Assembly: GCA_964539505.1 (NCBI GenBank)
Contig: CAZIJS010000002.1
Span: 3,313 to 67,312, forward strand
DNA: 64,000 nt
Source: an uncultured Myxococcales bacterium
GTDB taxonomy: Bacteria; Myxococcota_A; Polyangia; HGW-17; SLPX01
Direction: 5' to 3'
Shown: piece by piece, positions 62,771-64,000 of the stretch
How the letters are laid out: every line of letters begins with the position of its first letter
Position numbering within the stretch: the first letter of the stretch is position 1
The notes under the pieces: generated by a model
What the model saw: the letters and a program-made list of their open reading frames with translations, nothing else
Database searches by the model: none
What the model was told of the DNA's origin: nothing
Program-made: the position numbers and the translations under genes

Positions 62771-63460
62771 ATGCTGGGACTTTATATCATTACAGGGGTG
62801 GTGGGTGGTGCGTTGATTGTGTTGACGCTGGTGGTGGGTGGGGATCACGATACCGACACCGACGCAGGCGGGGACATGCACCTCGATGGGGCGGATGTGC
62901 ACGTCGACCATGTGGACCATGTCGACCAGATCGACCACATGGAAGGGGACGCCGACAGTGATATGGTGGTGGATGCAGGTGTCTGGCTTCCATTTTTGAG
63001 CGTGCGGTTCTGGACGTTTTTTTCCTGTTTTTTCGGCGTCACGGGAGCACTGCTCACCTGGACGGGGCAGGCCTTCATCGTTTCCCTGGTCACCGCACTC
63101 GTCGTGGGCATGGGGACTGGCTGGCTGGCAGCTTATGCCATGCACCGCCTTTCGCGCGACCAGGTGTCGAGTGGAGTGACGCCTTCCGACTATATTGGCC
63201 AGACGGGGAAGGTCTTGGTGCCGGTGGGCGGAGGCAAGGAAGGTCAGGTGCGGGTTTTCATCAAGGGGACGAGCATCGACCTGGTGGCCACAAGCGACTC
63301 TCCCGTTGCGTTGCCCCACAATTCCGAGGTCTTGATCATCGAGATGCTCGGGCCCACCGCCAAGGTGATAGCCGTGGAAAATGCACTTGGAGGATCCGAC
63401 TCGGACGCACCTGGAAAATTGACCCAGGGTGGGGAAGATTCGGATCGAGGGAACGCTTGA
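62771..63460 (+). CDS. NfeD-like membrane protein (OB-fold C-terminus)
   Basis: GGAGGG RBS. Two TM helices. His/Asp-rich loop (DHDTDTDAGGDMHLDGADVHVDHVDHVDQIDHMEGDAD). C-terminal GQTGKVLVPV, then GQVRV, then G-T-S-I-D-L-V-A. Confidence 0.65.
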   Translation: MLGLYIITGVVGGALIVLTLVVGGDHDTDTDAGGDMHLDGADVHVDHVDHVDQIDHMEGDADSDMVVDAGVWLPFLSVRFWTFFSCFFGVTGALLTWTGQAFIVSLVTALVVGMGTGWLAAYAMHRLSRDQVSSGVTPSDYIGQTGKVLVPVGGGKEGQVRVFIKGTSIDLVATSDSPVALPHNSEVLIIEMLGPTAKVIAVENALGGSDSDAPGKLTQGGEDSDRGNA

Positions 63461-63695
63461 GCAAGAGGTTCGTTGTTTCGATTCCATCATCGATGCGATC
63501 TTTTTCGGATCGGTGAAAGGTGATACGGAAGGGTTGGGACGTCTCATTGATGCCGTGGGATGTGGGCGATGGCCATGGAGAGGGGGGGCGAGTCGTATTG
63601 GTGCGAGTCGTATTGATGAGAGTGATGGACGGACGACTGGGGTGATGCCGCAGAAAGATTCTGGATGGTACCCTTTCTTGAGGAGGTGACAGGTC

Positions 63696-64000
63696 ATGGA
63701 TCAAGCAATGATGGTGTTGGAACTCGTGGGTATCGGGTTGGCCGCGGCCCTGGTACTCTTCGGGGTCTTGTACTTCGCGGTGAGTCGATTTTTATACATC
63801 GGCCGACCGAACGAAGTGCTCATTTTTTCGGGCCGAACCCACAAGGAGACTTTGAGCGACGGTCGGTCGGTCACGGTGGGATACCGGAAGGTCTTCGGTG
63901 GTCGTTCCTGGCGTGTCCCCATTCTCGAATCCGTGGAACGCATCGACCTGACGACCATTCCCGTGCGGGTCACGGTGCGCAACGCCTATTCCAAAGGGGG
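63696..64000 (+). CDS. SPFH/flotillin-like protein, N-terminal fragment running off the window
   Basis: AGGAGG RBS 9 nt upstream. N-terminal TM (MMVLELVGIGLAAALVLFGVLYFA), then IGRPNEVLIFSGR and RVPILESVERIDLTTIPV, typical of flotillin or YqiK-like SPFH proteins. Directly follows the NfeD gene. Confidence 0.6.
   Translation, partial: MDQAMMVLELVGIGLAAALVLFGVLYFAVSRFLYIGRPNEVLIFSGRTHKETLSDGRSVTVGYRKVFGGRSWRVPILESVERIDLTTIPVRVTVRNAYSKG

Noticed and set aside
63588-63617. Tandem 15-bp duplication gcgagtcgtattg(gt)gcgagtcgtattg
   Set aside because: Only two copies and intergenic. Too short to call a functional repeat.

Overview
High-GC (about 63-65%) bacterial chromosomal window. The gene content looks like Myxococcota: MYXO-CTERM sorting tails, MopE-type and Myxococcus Cys-rich repeats, several eukaryotic-like Ser/Thr kinases, FHA, PEGA, PilZ and DUF4388-like proteins. 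It holds about 40 genes on both strands. Housekeeping genes recognised with confidence are pfkA, rho, acyP, mnmG, recG and an M32 carboxypeptidase. There is a cheY-cheA pair and an orphan NarL-type histidine kinase. Two SPFH-type membrane-scaffold loci are present (an SPFH protein with three C-terminal zinc ribbons, and NfeD plus flotillin), and an OPT transporter is coupled to a TolB-like lipoprotein. Five very large secreted proteins are built from tandem Cys-rich repeats. One ORF of 1790 aa has an internal MYXO-CTERM tail followed in frame by a new lipoprotein signal peptide, which suggests two tandem genes fused by loss of a stop codon. There is also a 2390-aa TPR protein and a kinase/VWA/thrombospondin-3/PilZ cluster. 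No rRNA, tRNA, CRISPR array, transposase or integrase was recognised. Many antisense shadow ORFs in the six-frame track lie inside the repeat genes and are treated as GC artefacts. Gene starts are approximate; stop coordinates come from the ORF track.
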